A stretch of 64,000 bases of DNA, taken from NCBI GenBank assembly GCA_951406725.2, contig OX597815.1:191704001-191768000 (forward strand), written 5' to 3'. A program made the translations under genes and the position numbers. This document shows positions 50,545 through 64,000 of the stretch, one piece after another. The stretch's first letter is position 1. Every line of letters starts with the position of its first letter. Below the pieces are notes generated by a model. The model searched no databases, was not told where the DNA came from, and saw only the letters and a list, made by a program, of their open reading frames with translations. The stretch comes from Octopus vulgaris. Lineage: Eukaryota.

Positions 50545-51544
50545 GGTTAACACAACACCAATAACGACGTACAGATACGCCGATACAGCGCAATACAAGA
50601 CTCATACACACACACACATACACGCACACATGCACTCTCTCGCTTTCACTCTCTCTCTCTTTCTCTCTCTCTCTCACACGCGCGCACGCCCTGACACACG
50701 CACACACACTCAGTGGCACTCAGAACATAGCAAAGCATAACAAGATACAATAAAAGTATGGCAAAACGCATGGCTTGCAATGAAAGATGTATGAAAGGTA
50801 ACCATAAAATTGTTAGACGTAAAATGTACTGGCATATAATACATGCGTGCGTATGTATGTATGTATGTGTGTGTGTATGTGTGTGTATGTATGTTTGTGT
50901 GTATGTATGTTTGTGTGTATGTATGTGTGTGTGTGTATGTGTGTGTATGTATGTATGTGTGTGTATGTGTATGTGTGTATGTATGTATGTGTGTGTATGT
51001 ATGTATGTATGTATGTATGTATGTATGTGTGTGTGTGTGTATGTTTATATGTATGTGTGTGTGTGTGTGTGTATGTGTTTGTGTGTGTGTATGTATGGAT
51101 GTGGGCTGTAAATGAATACATGTAAAAGGAGATATAAGTGTTTGTATTATGTGTGTGGATATGTGTATATGTAAATATATATGTCTATGTATTTATAACA
51201 GAATATGTGTATATAATTAGTTGAGCATTTACGTTTGTGCGTATGTACGCATACATATTCGATATATATATATATATATAATATATGTGTGTGTGTATGT
51301 GTGCGCGCGTGCTTACATGTATATATATATATATATATGTCTATATATGTTGTGTGTGTGTGTGTGTATGCATACACATATACGCACATACACCCCTTCC
51401 TCCATGCTACTATGCCCTTCCTCCCTTCCTAACACCCCCCATAAAACCGCATTCCCACCTGGCTCCTAACCCATCGCCAATCTTTTTTCTCTTCCTCTCA
51501 TTCTCAGTGCATTTTTCCTTCATTTTTCCTTCTTCTCTATCTTG

Positions 51545-51578
51545 CTTATGATGAAGAACTAGCATCCGAAACGTCAAG
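51545..51578 (+). ncRNA. Degenerate hammerhead motif in a PLE end
   Basis: CTT-ATGATGA-AGAACTAGCATCC-GAAA-CG-TC-AAG. Confidence 0.55.
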
Positions 51579-51705
51579 ACGTTTCCCTTACTTTTAAGAG
51601 TTCAAATAATACGGTATACTCCAAAACTTGTTACTCCTGTTGTCTGTCTTTTTGTGCTCTTGTCTTCACAACACACACACACGTATATGTATATCTCTCT
51701 CCCTA

Positions 51706-51749
<44 letters not shown>

Positions 51750-51846
51750 TGCATACACACACCGGCACACTCACACACATAAATATCTATATATTTGTAC
51801 GTATATATTTACACTCACACACCAACATACATCCCTATGTGCCTAA

Positions 51847-51877
<31 letters not shown>

Positions 51878-52429
51878 AAGTTTTAGGTGTATGTTCATGT
51901 TGAAAGTCAGAAGGGTTGGATGAGTTAAGAAGAAAAAGAAAATGAGCAGAGAATAGAAAAACAAAATTAAAAGATGAAGTGAAATGCGAAAAGAAAAGTA
52001 TTTAAAGAAAAAAAAAGAAGAAATTTTAAGAATATTGAGTCGTCAGAATAAAATGACATTTTACGTGAACAAAATAATTTGATAGATAAATTTATAGATT
52101 CTTCAGGTTCATAGGTTTATCGGTTTGAAGCGGTAGGGTGTACATACATACATACATACATACGTGTGTGTGTGTGTGTATGTATACACAAATATATATA
52201 TATTATACATACACACAAACACACACTTATATAGTGTGCTTGTTTTTCGGATTTGTTATAACTGACGATATATACGTGTGTATGTATATATATATACATA
52301 CAGAGAGAGGAGGGAGAGACAGAAAGTGAGGAAAGGTGAGAGAGAAACAGGAAAGAAAGAGGTGATATGTGCATTGTTGTTAATTTTAGCACCGAAAAGG
52401 GAACTTTTTCTGATTGTGTGTATGTTTGG

Positions 52430-52470
<41 letters not shown>

Positions 52471-52667
52471 AAAATTAGAAAACTACCTTTTGTCAATTCA
52501 AAATGAACAATTAAATTACACCATCTAGAAAATTACATATAATAGAAATATTAAAAATAAAATAACAATTAATATACCGATGATTAAGTAAATTGCAAAA
52601 TGATTAATAAAAACGTATATATTTAGTATATATTATTATATATATGTTATTCTACTAAATATATACA

Positions 52668-52706
<39 letters not shown>

Positions 52707-53873
52707 CAAACATACGCACGTATACTCACGTTCACTCACACATACATGTATGTATGAACGCATATTTATAGAGTACATATGGTGTTGAAAAATTCTACAC
52801 CATTGAATTTATATATATTTTTCTAAAATAAAAAGGTGTATCCGTGTCTTTGTCAGTATTCCATGAGAGTGTGTGTGTGCGTGCGTGTGTGCGTTTGTAT
52901 ATACATTATTTGAGTGTGTGTCTGTGTGTGTGTGTGTGTGTGTGCGTGCATGCGTTCGCCCGCCTTCTCGTGTGTATCTGCGCGCTTGTGTGCATTTTAA
53001 TAAGTGCATGTATTTATTTATCTGTGTGTGCGTGTGTCTACATGCGCTTGCATTGCTACACACACACGCACACGCACGCACACACAGGGAATGCACATAC
53101 GCATACGCACGCAAAGGCTGACATCAGACATCAACGACTGATAAATAATTAGATAGTTTGATACAAGAGAGATTGGAGAAGTAGGTAGATAGATGGACAG
53201 ACGAGCTAGATAAGCAGATATAATAAATGGCTGGCTGGCTGGTTGTTTGGACGAAAATATATATAGTTACATGAGGTTCAAGTACGTTTCCTAACAGAGA
53301 TGCATAAGTTCCGAGTACATTTCTAACAGAGATGGGGGTTTTGAGATGAGCAAAGACCGGCGTGTTTTTCGTGTAAGGGCGATGTTGGCTATGAACGAAC
53401 TTGCCGATTATATCAGCTTGGCACTTGAGGGTTACAAGGAAAATTGTGTCATTTCTATTTTGTTTTGTTTTAAATCTTCCTTTAAAGAAATTAATTTTAA
53501 TCGGTTCTCCTTGGGTATTGAACTCAGGGCGTTAAAGGGGGACGGAATTATATAATGCAAGTCCAAACTATGTGTGTGTGTGTGTGTGTGTATGTGTGTG
53601 AGTGTATCGGTCACTAAGATAAAGTTTGAAACAATTTTTTTTTTAAATTTAAAGATAAGCTGAATAAAACTTGTCATACGCGCGCGCGCACACACACACA
53701 CACACACATACACACAATATACACGGATGTTTTAGTGGATGCATATGTGTACATGTACATATATATATATATATTTGTGTGTATATATATATATATATAT
53801 GTGTGTGTGAATATATATATATATTTGTGTGATATATATATATATATATTTGTGTGTGTATATATATATATAT

Positions 53874-53911
<38 letters not shown>

Positions 53912-54539
53912 TTGTGTGTGTGTGTATATATATATATTTGTGTGTGTGTGTGTATATATATATATTTGTGTGTGTGTATATATATATATTTGTGTGTGTG
54001 TATATATATATATATATGTGTGTGTGTATATATATATATATTTGTGTGTGTATATATATATATATTTGTGTGTGTGTATATATATATATATTTGTGTGTG
54101 TGTATATATATATATATTTGTGTATGTGTGCTTATATATATGCATGGACGTATTTGCGTACGTACGTACACATAAATATATATCGTTAACAGAATTATAT
54201 TTAAAACAGGAAAGGCACAAACACGCGCACACACAGACCCCCCCACACTCATGCACGCACATACACTACCCTTCCCTCCCTCCAACACAGACACACATAC
54301 ACAGACACAAGCACACTGGTACACACGCACAAGCACACACAGCACACATAGACACACACATACGAAAAGAAATTGCGTGAGACTCACTGAATGATTAGTA
54401 ACGAGAGAGAAAGCAAGAGAAAGAAAGAGAGAGAGAGAGGGAGGGAGGGGAGAGAGATAGTGATATATATGTGTGTGTGTGTGTGTGTATTGAGAATATA
54501 TATGTGTGTGTGTGTGTGTGTGTGTATACATATACATAT

Positions 54540-55111
54540 ATTTATGAGAGTGAGTGAGTGTGTGTAGAAGTCAGAACGAAAGGAATAAAGAAGCCGGAAA
54601 GAAGGAGTGGAAGGAAGAGGAGGAAAGAGAGGAGAGTGATTGTGCAAGTGGTGGTGGCGGCGGCGGCGACGGCAGCGTATGAGAGGTGTGAGAGCGGAGG
54701 TGGAGTAGCGAAGAGGCAAGTGAAAAGAAAAGAAAAGAAAGAAAACAGAAAGACCGAAGCAAAGAGTAGTAGGAGGCAGGCAGGAACAGGAGTAGGAGCA
54801 GCAGTAAGCGTAATAAGGCTGCAGAAGAGGAGGAGGAGGGGGGTAAGAGAAAAAGAAAAAGAAGAAGAAGAAGAAGAGAGAGTGTGTCTGCTCTTCGGAT
54901 CAGCTCGTAGATGGATCGTTCTTGGTTATAGTTGTTAAAAAGCCTTTTTCTTTTTTTTTTTTTGACTTGGTTTGGAGTGAGAAGGAAAACACACACACGT
55001 TTTGCTCCATAGCACTAACTTGGATCTACTACTATTATTTTACTACTTTTCATCGAAGGCCTGTTTTGTGTTTTTTTTTGTCTTTTTACAATACCAAAAT
55101 TTTTATCGACT
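54540..55111 (+). promoter_or_regulatory. Candidate non-coding first exon / 5' UTR
   Basis: TE-free purine-rich leader with a (GGC)n tract, ending at the donor-like CGACT|GTAAGT (55112). Confidence 0.3.
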
Positions 55112-55588
55112 GTAAGTAAAGTCGCTGGATTCGTTTTTTGGGAGAAGTTTTCTACCTTTAATACCAACATATATATATATATATATATATACATATGTAC
55201 AGAAGATGTATAGATGCTGAAAAGGTTAGTTAAACGATTTCTTATTTATTGTTACGAATTCTATTATTGATATACTGTTGATGATTTTAATGCTTTTTTA
55301 AAAGAAAAAAAAAATTCAGTCAATTTTGCGTGAAGCGAGACCCACCAATTATATTATTATGATGTTTTTATTTTTGGAACTAGCCCTAGCAATTAATTAA
55401 TGTCCCCTTTATTCGTCGCCCTAGTGACAAACACAAATACAATAATTCTTATAATACTAAAGAGATTAACTTTACCATTTATTCTTCAGGAGGTTTATAG
55501 TTTAAAGTACGAGTGAAATCCTGGAGTCTATTTAAACGATTAAAACCCTTCCCTTTTATTTAAGGTTTGTTAGACATTTATTAATATG

Positions 55589-55619
<31 letters not shown>

Positions 55620-55626
<7 letters not shown>

Positions 55627-56060
55627 GAAGACCCCGCTGAGGTTAACTTTGCCTTTCATCCTTCCGGTTGGGTAGCGTAGTGGTTTCGGTGGAGACGAGG
55701 AAGATAGGTACCGGATAAGTTCAGGGGCAGGGGTAATTGTCTGTGCACCTCCCTCATTTTTAAAACACACACACACACCCTAGTTTTGTTGTTGTTCTTA
55801 GTATTGCTGTTGTTTTTCTCTTCTATTTCTTTCTTTTTTCTTATCGTCACTGAGGGTGGTGAATGGCTGAGTATCTCGGGACAAGAAGCAGTACTTTGCG
55901 GTATTTAATTCAGTTACGTCTCTTTTACGTTCTGAGTTCAAATCCCTCTGGGAGTCGACCTCGCCTTTCATCATCCTTTCCGGTGTAGAAAAGAAAGAGA
56001 GAGAGAGGAGAGAGATGGGAAGATACAATAAGTGCCAGTTAAAGAATTGGGGTTGATTTA
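55620..56060 (+). mobile_element. Two degenerate SINE A-related copies
   Basis: TTTGCCTTTCATCCTTCCGG; ACGTTCTGAGTTCAAATCCC...GTCGACCTCGCCTTTCATC. Confidence 0.6.
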
Positions 56061-56399
56061 ATCGGCAGTACCTTAAAAAAAAAAATGGAAAAGCACAAAA
56101 TAAACTTATATATGTCGTCTATGTTTATGCGAGAAAAACATATGATGTTTAGTTTTTTGAAACTTAATGTTCAGTGTTTCTTAAAAATTTTCTGCTGGTT
56201 GTTGTTAGTAAGAAGAAAAGTCGATGCTAATAGTACACAAAAATAGATCAGCATCATCACTATTATACTGATGGTTATCATTGTTGTTATTCCTTCTTAT
56301 TGATGATGCTCACCAGTGTAAACAATGCAATACTAATTTGAATCGAATTGTGTGTGTATGTGTGTGTATGTTTACTCCGTCCAATTTCACACACACGCA

Positions 56400-56438
56400 C
56401 ACACATGAATATATTTACGTACATACATATAGTTACGT

Positions 56439-56469
<31 letters not shown>

Positions 56470-57330
56470 GTTACATACACACATGCACACACATATAGTT
56501 ACATACATACACACGCACACACTTATATACGCACGCATACACAGTTATATACACACGCATACAGTTATATACACACGCATAGTTATATTACACGCACACA
56601 TAGTTATATACACACGCACTGTTATATACACACGACCACAGTTATATACACACGCACACGTAGTTATATACACACGCACACGTAGGTATATACACACGCA
56701 CACAGTTATATATACACAGGCACACATAGTTATATATACACACGCACACAGTTATATACACACGCACACAGTTATATACACACGCACACACAGTTATATA
56801 CACACGCACACATAGTTATATACACACGCACACATAGTTATATACACACGCACACAGTTATATACACACGCACACATAGTTATATACACACGCACACAGT
56901 TACATACACGCACATAGTTATATACACACGCACACATAGTTATATACACACGCACACACAGTTATATACACACGTACAATTATATACACACGCCCACAGT
57001 TATATACACACGTACAGTTATATACACACGCCCACAGTTATATACACACGTACAGTTATATACACACGTACAGTTATATACACACGTACAGTTATATACA
57101 CACGCACACAGTTATATACACACGCACACAGTTATATACACACGCACACAGTTATATACACACGCACACAGTTATATACACACGCACACAGTTATATACA
57201 CACGCACACAGTTATATACACACACACGCACACAGTTACATACACGCACATAGTTACGTACACACATACATAGTTACATACATGCACACATAGTTACGTA
57301 CACGCACACACACACACATATGTAGTTACA
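56400..57330. repeat. ~18-24 bp minisatellite (AGTTATATACACACGCACAC)
   Basis: Dozens of tandem units. Confidence 0.95.
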
Positions 57331-57816
57331 TACACACATATACAATACACATGCGTACTCGCGCTAACACACACGCACACATACGCGCGCGCACACTCGC
57401 ACGCATGTATATTTTAAATATTACACACTATTCGTGTTAAAGGACCGAAATTTCATAACCAGATGTGTCTATTTAGGGCTCAGGATCTCCTTCACACACA
57501 CACACACACACACACACAACGTACGCACGCATGCACACACAGCACACACACAGCGTACGTACGCATGCACACACACACAACGTACGTACGCATGCACACA
57601 CACACACGTACGCAAGCACACACACACATACATACGTGTTCACACACGCATAATTTGTTTGTTTTTCCAAGATTTCCTCCGTTTGTCAATTCAAATACAA
57701 AACAGGAAACCCACCTAAACTCAACGTTTAAATCTGTTATCACACTCAAAGACCCTTTGTAAAATCTCCCTTCCAAGGCAAACACACGAGAAGGCCCCAG
57801 TTATTTGATTACTTAC

Positions 57817-57924
57817 TTGAAAACTATCGACATCAATAAATCTTCCACAATATTGATTCTTGTCTGACGAAGGGCACACAAGACATTCCCAGTTCGTTTT
57901 ATATTTCCCCTTTCGCATAAGATA
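57817..57924 (-). CDS. Candidate 108-bp phase-0 internal exon, unknown protein
   Basis: Pyrimidine tract + TTTTTAAG| open frame YLMRKGKYKTNWECLVCPSSDKNQYCGRFIDVDSFQ |GTAAGT. Confidence 0.3.
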
Positions 57925-58677
57925 CTTAAAAATAGTACAAAAATAGAGAGAATTCTGAACTGCTAGAAATAGTTACTTAAATTTGCCCACTGTCTTAGAA
58001 AAATGAAACTGAACGACACATTGCGGAAGGTAAACCTAGATAGCTTTTCAAAAGAGTAGTTTGGAGACACCTTGATCATTAATAAATAAGCCTGTTCGGT
58101 CATTGATCTGGGTCTCAACAACAATAGGCCACAACATAAACAGTTTTGTTGCAATCTGCGTGGGTGCACATGCTAATGTTGTTGTTATTATTCAGATCCA
58201 GGTAAAAGTCTTGGCCGAACAGATTCATGATCAGAGACAACCCAGCAGTGACCGTATCATTGCCTTTTTCTTTTTGTTTTGTTCTGTTTATCTGCGACTA
58301 CAATGTCTAAAACGTATTCTTCTTTCCATTTATAATACAGTAGTAGGGTTTGATTCGACGGGAGTTTTGGCTGCTTTTTCTAGCAGGGCGAATGAGAGCA
58401 TAAGGGATCACTCGTTAGCTAGTGTGTATGACAAAAATTGTGTGCGTCTTTGAGTGTGTTGTGTGTATGTATGTGTGTTGTGTTGTGTTGTGTGTTGTGT
58501 TGTGTGTGTGTTGTGCTGTGTGTGTGTGTGCTGTGTTGTGTTGTGTGTGTGTATATGCACGCGTGTGTCAGAATGGTGGGGAATACAAAGGAACCAGAAT
58601 AGTTCAAGCTTGCATTTTTATATTAACAGTATTGGTATGAAGGCCACAAATTCACAGATGGTGTTATTATTATATCA

Positions 58678-58721
<44 letters not shown>

Positions 58722-60235
58722 GATTAAGCACGCTGTGTACGCGTACAAGCATACTCACTAAATACATAGGCATACACACATCATTACTTACACACTATCA
58801 CATCTGTCTATCTGTTTATCTACCTATCTTTCTGTCTGTCTTCACGCACACACACACACACACACACAAACATAGGCACATATACACATCGAGCCACGCA
58901 CGCATATGTACTCTTGAACACAGGCGCTAGGGATACGTGTGTGTGTGTGTGTGTGTGTGCACATAAATACAATATACACGCTAGCGCAAAGTCGCACTCG
59001 CAGACATGCAAACGTTATATATATATAATGTGCGTGTGTGTGTATATATGTGTGTTTGTGTGTATATATGTGTGTGTGTGTGTATATGTGTTTGTGTATG
59101 TATGTATGTGTGTGTGTGTGTGTGTGTATATATGTGTGTTTGTGAATGTATGTATGTGTATATGTGTGTTTGTGAATGTGTATATGTGTGTATATGTGTG
59201 TTTGTGAATGTATGTATGTGTATATGTGTGTTTGTGTGTATATATGTGTTTGTATGTGTATGTGTGTGTGTATGTGTGTGTGTGTGTATGTATATGTGTG
59301 TGCATGTATTTATGTGTATATATATGTGCGTGTGTGCATGTGTGCGTGTATGTATTTATATGTATGTATATACGTACATACATGCATACAAATTCTTCGA
59401 AATAATACCCCAGCATGGCCGCACTCTAATGACAAACGAGTAAAAGATATATATATATATATTTACACATGCATTCATAAATGCAGTCTCATATAAATTT
59501 ACGTACATACATACAAATAAACAAGCGTATATATGTATATATATATATTGACACATACGCGTACACATCTAGATAGATAGATAGATAGGTAGGTGTGTAT
59601 GTATGTATGTATGTAAGTGTGTATGGATGTGTGAGTGTATGAATGTATTTGTATCATAAACGAAGTGTGTCTGCGCGCTTAATGGCATCGTATGAAAGGG
59701 AATTCCAAAAGTGAGTATATGTATACTTGTGTGTATGCGTGCGTGTGTTTAAGTGTGTATGTGCGCGTGCGTGTGTTTGAGTGTGTACGAGTGTTTGCGA
59801 TTGTATGTGAGTGTGTGTGTATGAGTGTTTGTGTTTGCGATTGTCTATGTGTGTGTGTGCGTGTGTTTGAGTGTGTACGAGTATGTGTGCGAGAGTGTGT
59901 ATGAGTGTTTGTGTGTGCGATTGTCCTGTGTGTGTGTGTGTGCGCGTGTGCGTACAGCTAAGTCTCATTAGATGTGTACATATCGATACACGATTCTTCC
60001 ATAAGATGAGCACACCACCACCACCACCACCACCACCACTACAACTGCTGCTGCTGCTACTACTACAACTACCACTACCACCACCACCACCACTACTACT
60101 ACTACTACTACAGCGAACATGCGTGGAGATGTTGGCAATGCGATGATGTTTTAGCTCCAGGTTAGCTCTGCCCGAACAAGACCTATGATCCCACGTTCTA
60201 AACAGACAAATTCATCCTTCATGCAAATTATACAT

Positions 60236-60288
<53 letters not shown>

Positions 60289-60541
60289 GATCGTATTATC
60301 TTATGTGTTCTTATAAAAAATAAGAGGCATGGAAGAAACTCGCAGGAGATTTCGGTACTCTTCCACGCAGGTTCAATACATTGTGTATGTATGTATGCAT
60401 GTACGTACGTATGTATGTATGTATGTGTGTGTATGTATGTGTATATGTATCACTCATCTCCCCCCTCTCTCTTTCTTTCTTTCCACACACACCCACACGG
60501 ACATACATTGGATGTGTGTGCATAAATATGTATGTGTGTGA

Positions 60542-60587
<46 letters not shown>

Positions 60588-60693
60588 ATTAAGGGTTTAG
60601 CAACGAACAAGCTTGGATTACACATACGCACGCATACGTATGTATATATATATACACACACACAAGCTTGGGTTACACATACGCACGCATACG

Positions 60694-60739
<46 letters not shown>

Positions 60740-61434
60740 TACAAGCTTGGGTTACACATACGCACGCATACGTATGTATATATATTTGTATGTATGTATG
60801 TATATAAATATACTCGCGTACGCACACGCACATGTGTAGCCAAAAGTAAGTGCACATTTAAAATACATACATACATGCTCGTGCATACATTTATATATTA
60901 CACAAGATACCAGATACATATACACACACACAAACCATGAAGCAAAAAAAAAATGGATTACAAGATATACACGACCCTTTCGTATCAATTGTCATTTTCA
61001 CAATATTTTGATTACTTTCTGTGAGTGTCAAATTGTTGTAACGAGCTTTTTGTAACGAAATGTTTCTGATTAGAGCAAACGAGAGAGAGAGTGAGAGGGG
61101 GAAGAAAGAGAGATTGATAGAGAGGGAAGCATATTTACAGTCGCACACACAAGTTCAGACACATACATACATACACACACGTCGTGTATAGTTTAGCGCG
61201 GACTGACGACAAGTCGAAAGAAGTCTTGTCATTAGAGCTTAAAGTGGCCAAGAAATTTTAGTTTCTCTCTCTCTCTCTCTCTCACTTACTCTTTCTCTAT
61301 CTCTCTCTCGCACACACAAAGAAACATATACACTTTCACACGCTCGCTTGTCCATATTGAGATGCGATGTGCTTAAGACATCTCTCTCACACTATCTGTC
61401 TGTCTGTCTATCTATGTCTGTCTATCTATGTCTG

Positions 61435-61507
<73 letters not shown>

Positions 61508-61959
61508 AACTGTCTATCTATCTATCTATAACTGTCTATCTATCTATAACTGTCTATCTATCTATAACTGTCTATCTATCTATCTATCTGTCTATATATA
61601 TCTGTCTATCTGTCTATCTGTCTATCTATAACTCTCTATCTGTCTATCTATAACTCTCTATATATCTGTCTGTCTGTCTATCTATCTGTCTATCTATATC
61701 TGTCTATCTATCTATACATACATACATACGTTGAATACAGGCTCATTGGCATATGGGGCTATTCATTCTCCCGGATAATGAAAGCTATCTCCTGTAATTT
61801 TTTCCATTAATACAAGCCTGGTATAAAAACTGATTATCATCTTTGAATAAATGCAAAGAAACAGCTTTTTTTTTTCTTTTGGGAAAAAAAGTTCGTAACA
61901 GTTATCGAACAGCGAAATTAAGTTAATACGATCCATCACGTAGAAAATCACAACATATA

Positions 61960-63845
61960 CCATGGCGAGAAAAGAACCTAGAACCATCTGTCGCATATCG
62001 TGGAACTATCGTGAGAAATTCCAGTGGACTTTCGAACTGAACTGAGATCAATACCTGTTCTAGGGAAAGGTTAGGGAAGATCCCTCGATTAACTACATGA
62101 GGAAGCTGAAAGAATTTTGGGATAAGATATACCCAACATACTCTTTTACTCTTTTACTTGTTTCAGTCAATTGACTGAGGCCATGCTGGAGCACCGCCTT
62201 TACTAAAATTTTTCAGAGAAACAATAGCGCCAACACCTTACCGAACAAAATCACTCAGCTAAAATGTACAAATGATAATATTTGTATTAACAACACAGTA
62301 AACTTCTTCCGTGTGAAGGCTGTCAATGGCAAAGAACACGACCAAGATGAACGCAACAACAAAATCGCCGCCATTACATGGATATGTGGTAGCTGCTTAT
62401 GATCTCACAAAAACAAGTGGGGAATATAAAATATTAAAATCACAGCTTGCATCGAAGTTCAAGCAGATCTTTATTATTAATAGACAAGGCACTGCATGAA
62501 AGGACGATTCCGAAATTGCGAGAGAACATCTTGCTCAAGTCTTTATTCTCGGCTTTTAAGCAATAAATGTCCTGCTTTATTATACCACAGTACACCAACG
62601 GACTAAGTATATATATATATATAAATAAATAAAGAGGGCGGTTGGACACTATTATCGGATGCAAAGCTAAGAATGAATTTTCGAATCACCAGCTGTGATT
62701 ATATGGTAGATTCTCCAAATTGTATAGGAACTGGCACTGATAAACTCACGCAAGCAAACTTACCGCCCTCAAACACGATATATAAGTGGTAAGTGTAAAA
62801 CTTTGCTACTGTAAAAAAATTATATGGATAAAATATGATAAACTACAAGTTTGCCCGAAAGTCGCACGCCGTACATCGCAGTATGGAAGCCCATATCAAC
62901 AAGTAGAAAGTGCCCCTCTCCGGGAGGAACTAGAGTCACCTAGGCAGGGAATATGGGATGTAAACAAAGAACACAATCGTAATACAGTATGGTTAAACGA
63001 ACTACGAAGTGAGTAAAGTGTCAACGCCTCTCCCATAATACATAACACCACCAGTGAAACTCTCATAACGGGGGAAAGATTGCCAACCGTACAGAAAGTA
63101 TGAACAGCGATGGGATCTTTTCACTTTGACCGGCAGATTTTTATGATAATTTCTTTGTAACTAAACACTTTTAAATTTCGTATACTGGTAAAATGTGTTA
63201 CATAAAACATCTTTTTCTCTTGGCTTTCTTGAGAAAATTCTGTAGTTTGTAAGCTATTTGTTGTTAAATTTCTTGCATTTCGGCAATTTCAACCAATCAA
63301 TGACGTCTATTGAGGTGAATACAATTTCTGCGGTTGTTTGTCAACAACAATTTCTTGCGGTGTCATATCAGTGTGTCGCTGTTATTTATGAGAAAAAATA
63401 TACCTTTATCCCCTGCCGGTCAAAGATCCCAGCGATGTCTTGTCTGTTTTCCTTACCTCTGATAGTGAAAACTATAAGTATTTTAGATCGATGAAAATGT
63501 TGCATACGTTGGTGCAGTGAGCAAAGCCAGAATAACAAAAGAGTACTTCTGTAGATTCCAGAAAATATGGAACTCAGAGTTGTCTGCATTTAACAAGACC
63601 ATATTTCACAATGCTTTTGCAGTGCCAGTGCTAGTACCAGAATTTGGGATATTGAACTGGACACTCGATGAGATACGCAACCTGGACATCAGAACTAGAA
63701 AGATACTGATCACCACTGGCAACTTCCATATCAACAGCGACTTCAATAGGATCTATGTGAGATGAAATCTTGGTGGTAGAGGCATAAGATCAGTTCGAAC
63801 AGCCTTTGAATGTCGTATTGTATCACTCAAACTACACCTGTTGAA
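61960..63845 (+). mobile_element. Fragmented R4/Dong-clade LINE
   Basis: NYMRKLKEFWDKIYP (~62090); IWDVNKEHNRNTVWLNEL (~62950); KEYFCRFQKIWNSELSAFNK..NAFAVPVL..FGILNWT..DIRTRKIL..RIYVR*NLGGRGI (63517-63845). Confidence 0.8.
63078..63518. mobile_element. Probable MITE inserted into the R4 LINE
   Basis: Subterminal inverted motifs GGGATCTTT..TTTGACCGGCAG / CTGCCGGTCAAAGATCCC; right end GTTGGTGCAGTG. Confidence 0.5.
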
Positions 63846-63846
63846 C

Positions 63847-64000
63847 AGCGGCGAGTTGGCAGAATCGTTAGCACGCCGGGCGAAATACTTAGCGGTATTT
63901 CGTCTGCCGTTACGTTCTGAGCTCAAATTCCGCCGACTAAATAATCGACTAAATCCGTTTGTCTGTCCTTGTTTGTCTCCTCTGTGTTTAGCCCGTTGTG
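63847..64000 (+). mobile_element. SINE A with internal deletion, running off the window
   Basis: Family match. Confidence 0.9.

Noticed and set aside
57863-57875. CTGACGAAGGG hammerhead-like half
   Set aside because: No downstream GAAA-stem III-UH.
58103-58453. 116-aa ORF
   Set aside because: Overlaps an old interspersed repeat with a similar fragment near 60150; no motif.
4505-61631. Long ORFs rich in H/T, V/C, Y/I or L/S
   Set aside because: They are translations of (CA)n, (TA)n, (TATG)n and (TCTA)n repeats, not genes.

Overview
AT-rich, very repeat-dense eukaryotic intergenic/intronic DNA. The SINE families and microsatellite load look like an octopus (coleoid cephalopod) genome; this is an inference from remembered repeat sequences, not from a search. 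No complete host protein-coding gene is visible, and nearly all supplied ORFs are microsatellite or SINE translations. The window holds four tRNA-derived SINE families, seven non-autonomous Helitrons, hAT and piggyBac MITEs, Tc1 (DD36E spacing) and mariner relics, and CR1, RTE and R4/Dong LINE fragments. The main signal is a Penelope-like (PLE) system. It includes a ~2.3 kb palindrome (19365-21644) made of two inverted 5'-truncated PLE ends, each with a GIY-YIG C-terminus and a minimal hammerhead ribozyme with a compensatory U3-A8 core. At least 12 more minimal hammerhead motifs and four more inverted PLE-like remnants are present, mostly next to (TA)n tracts. Also notable are SINE multimers that reuse one junction at independent loci, locally templated patchwork insertions, and a few weak host exon/promoter candidates. 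Coordinates were read by eye and may be off by a few bases.
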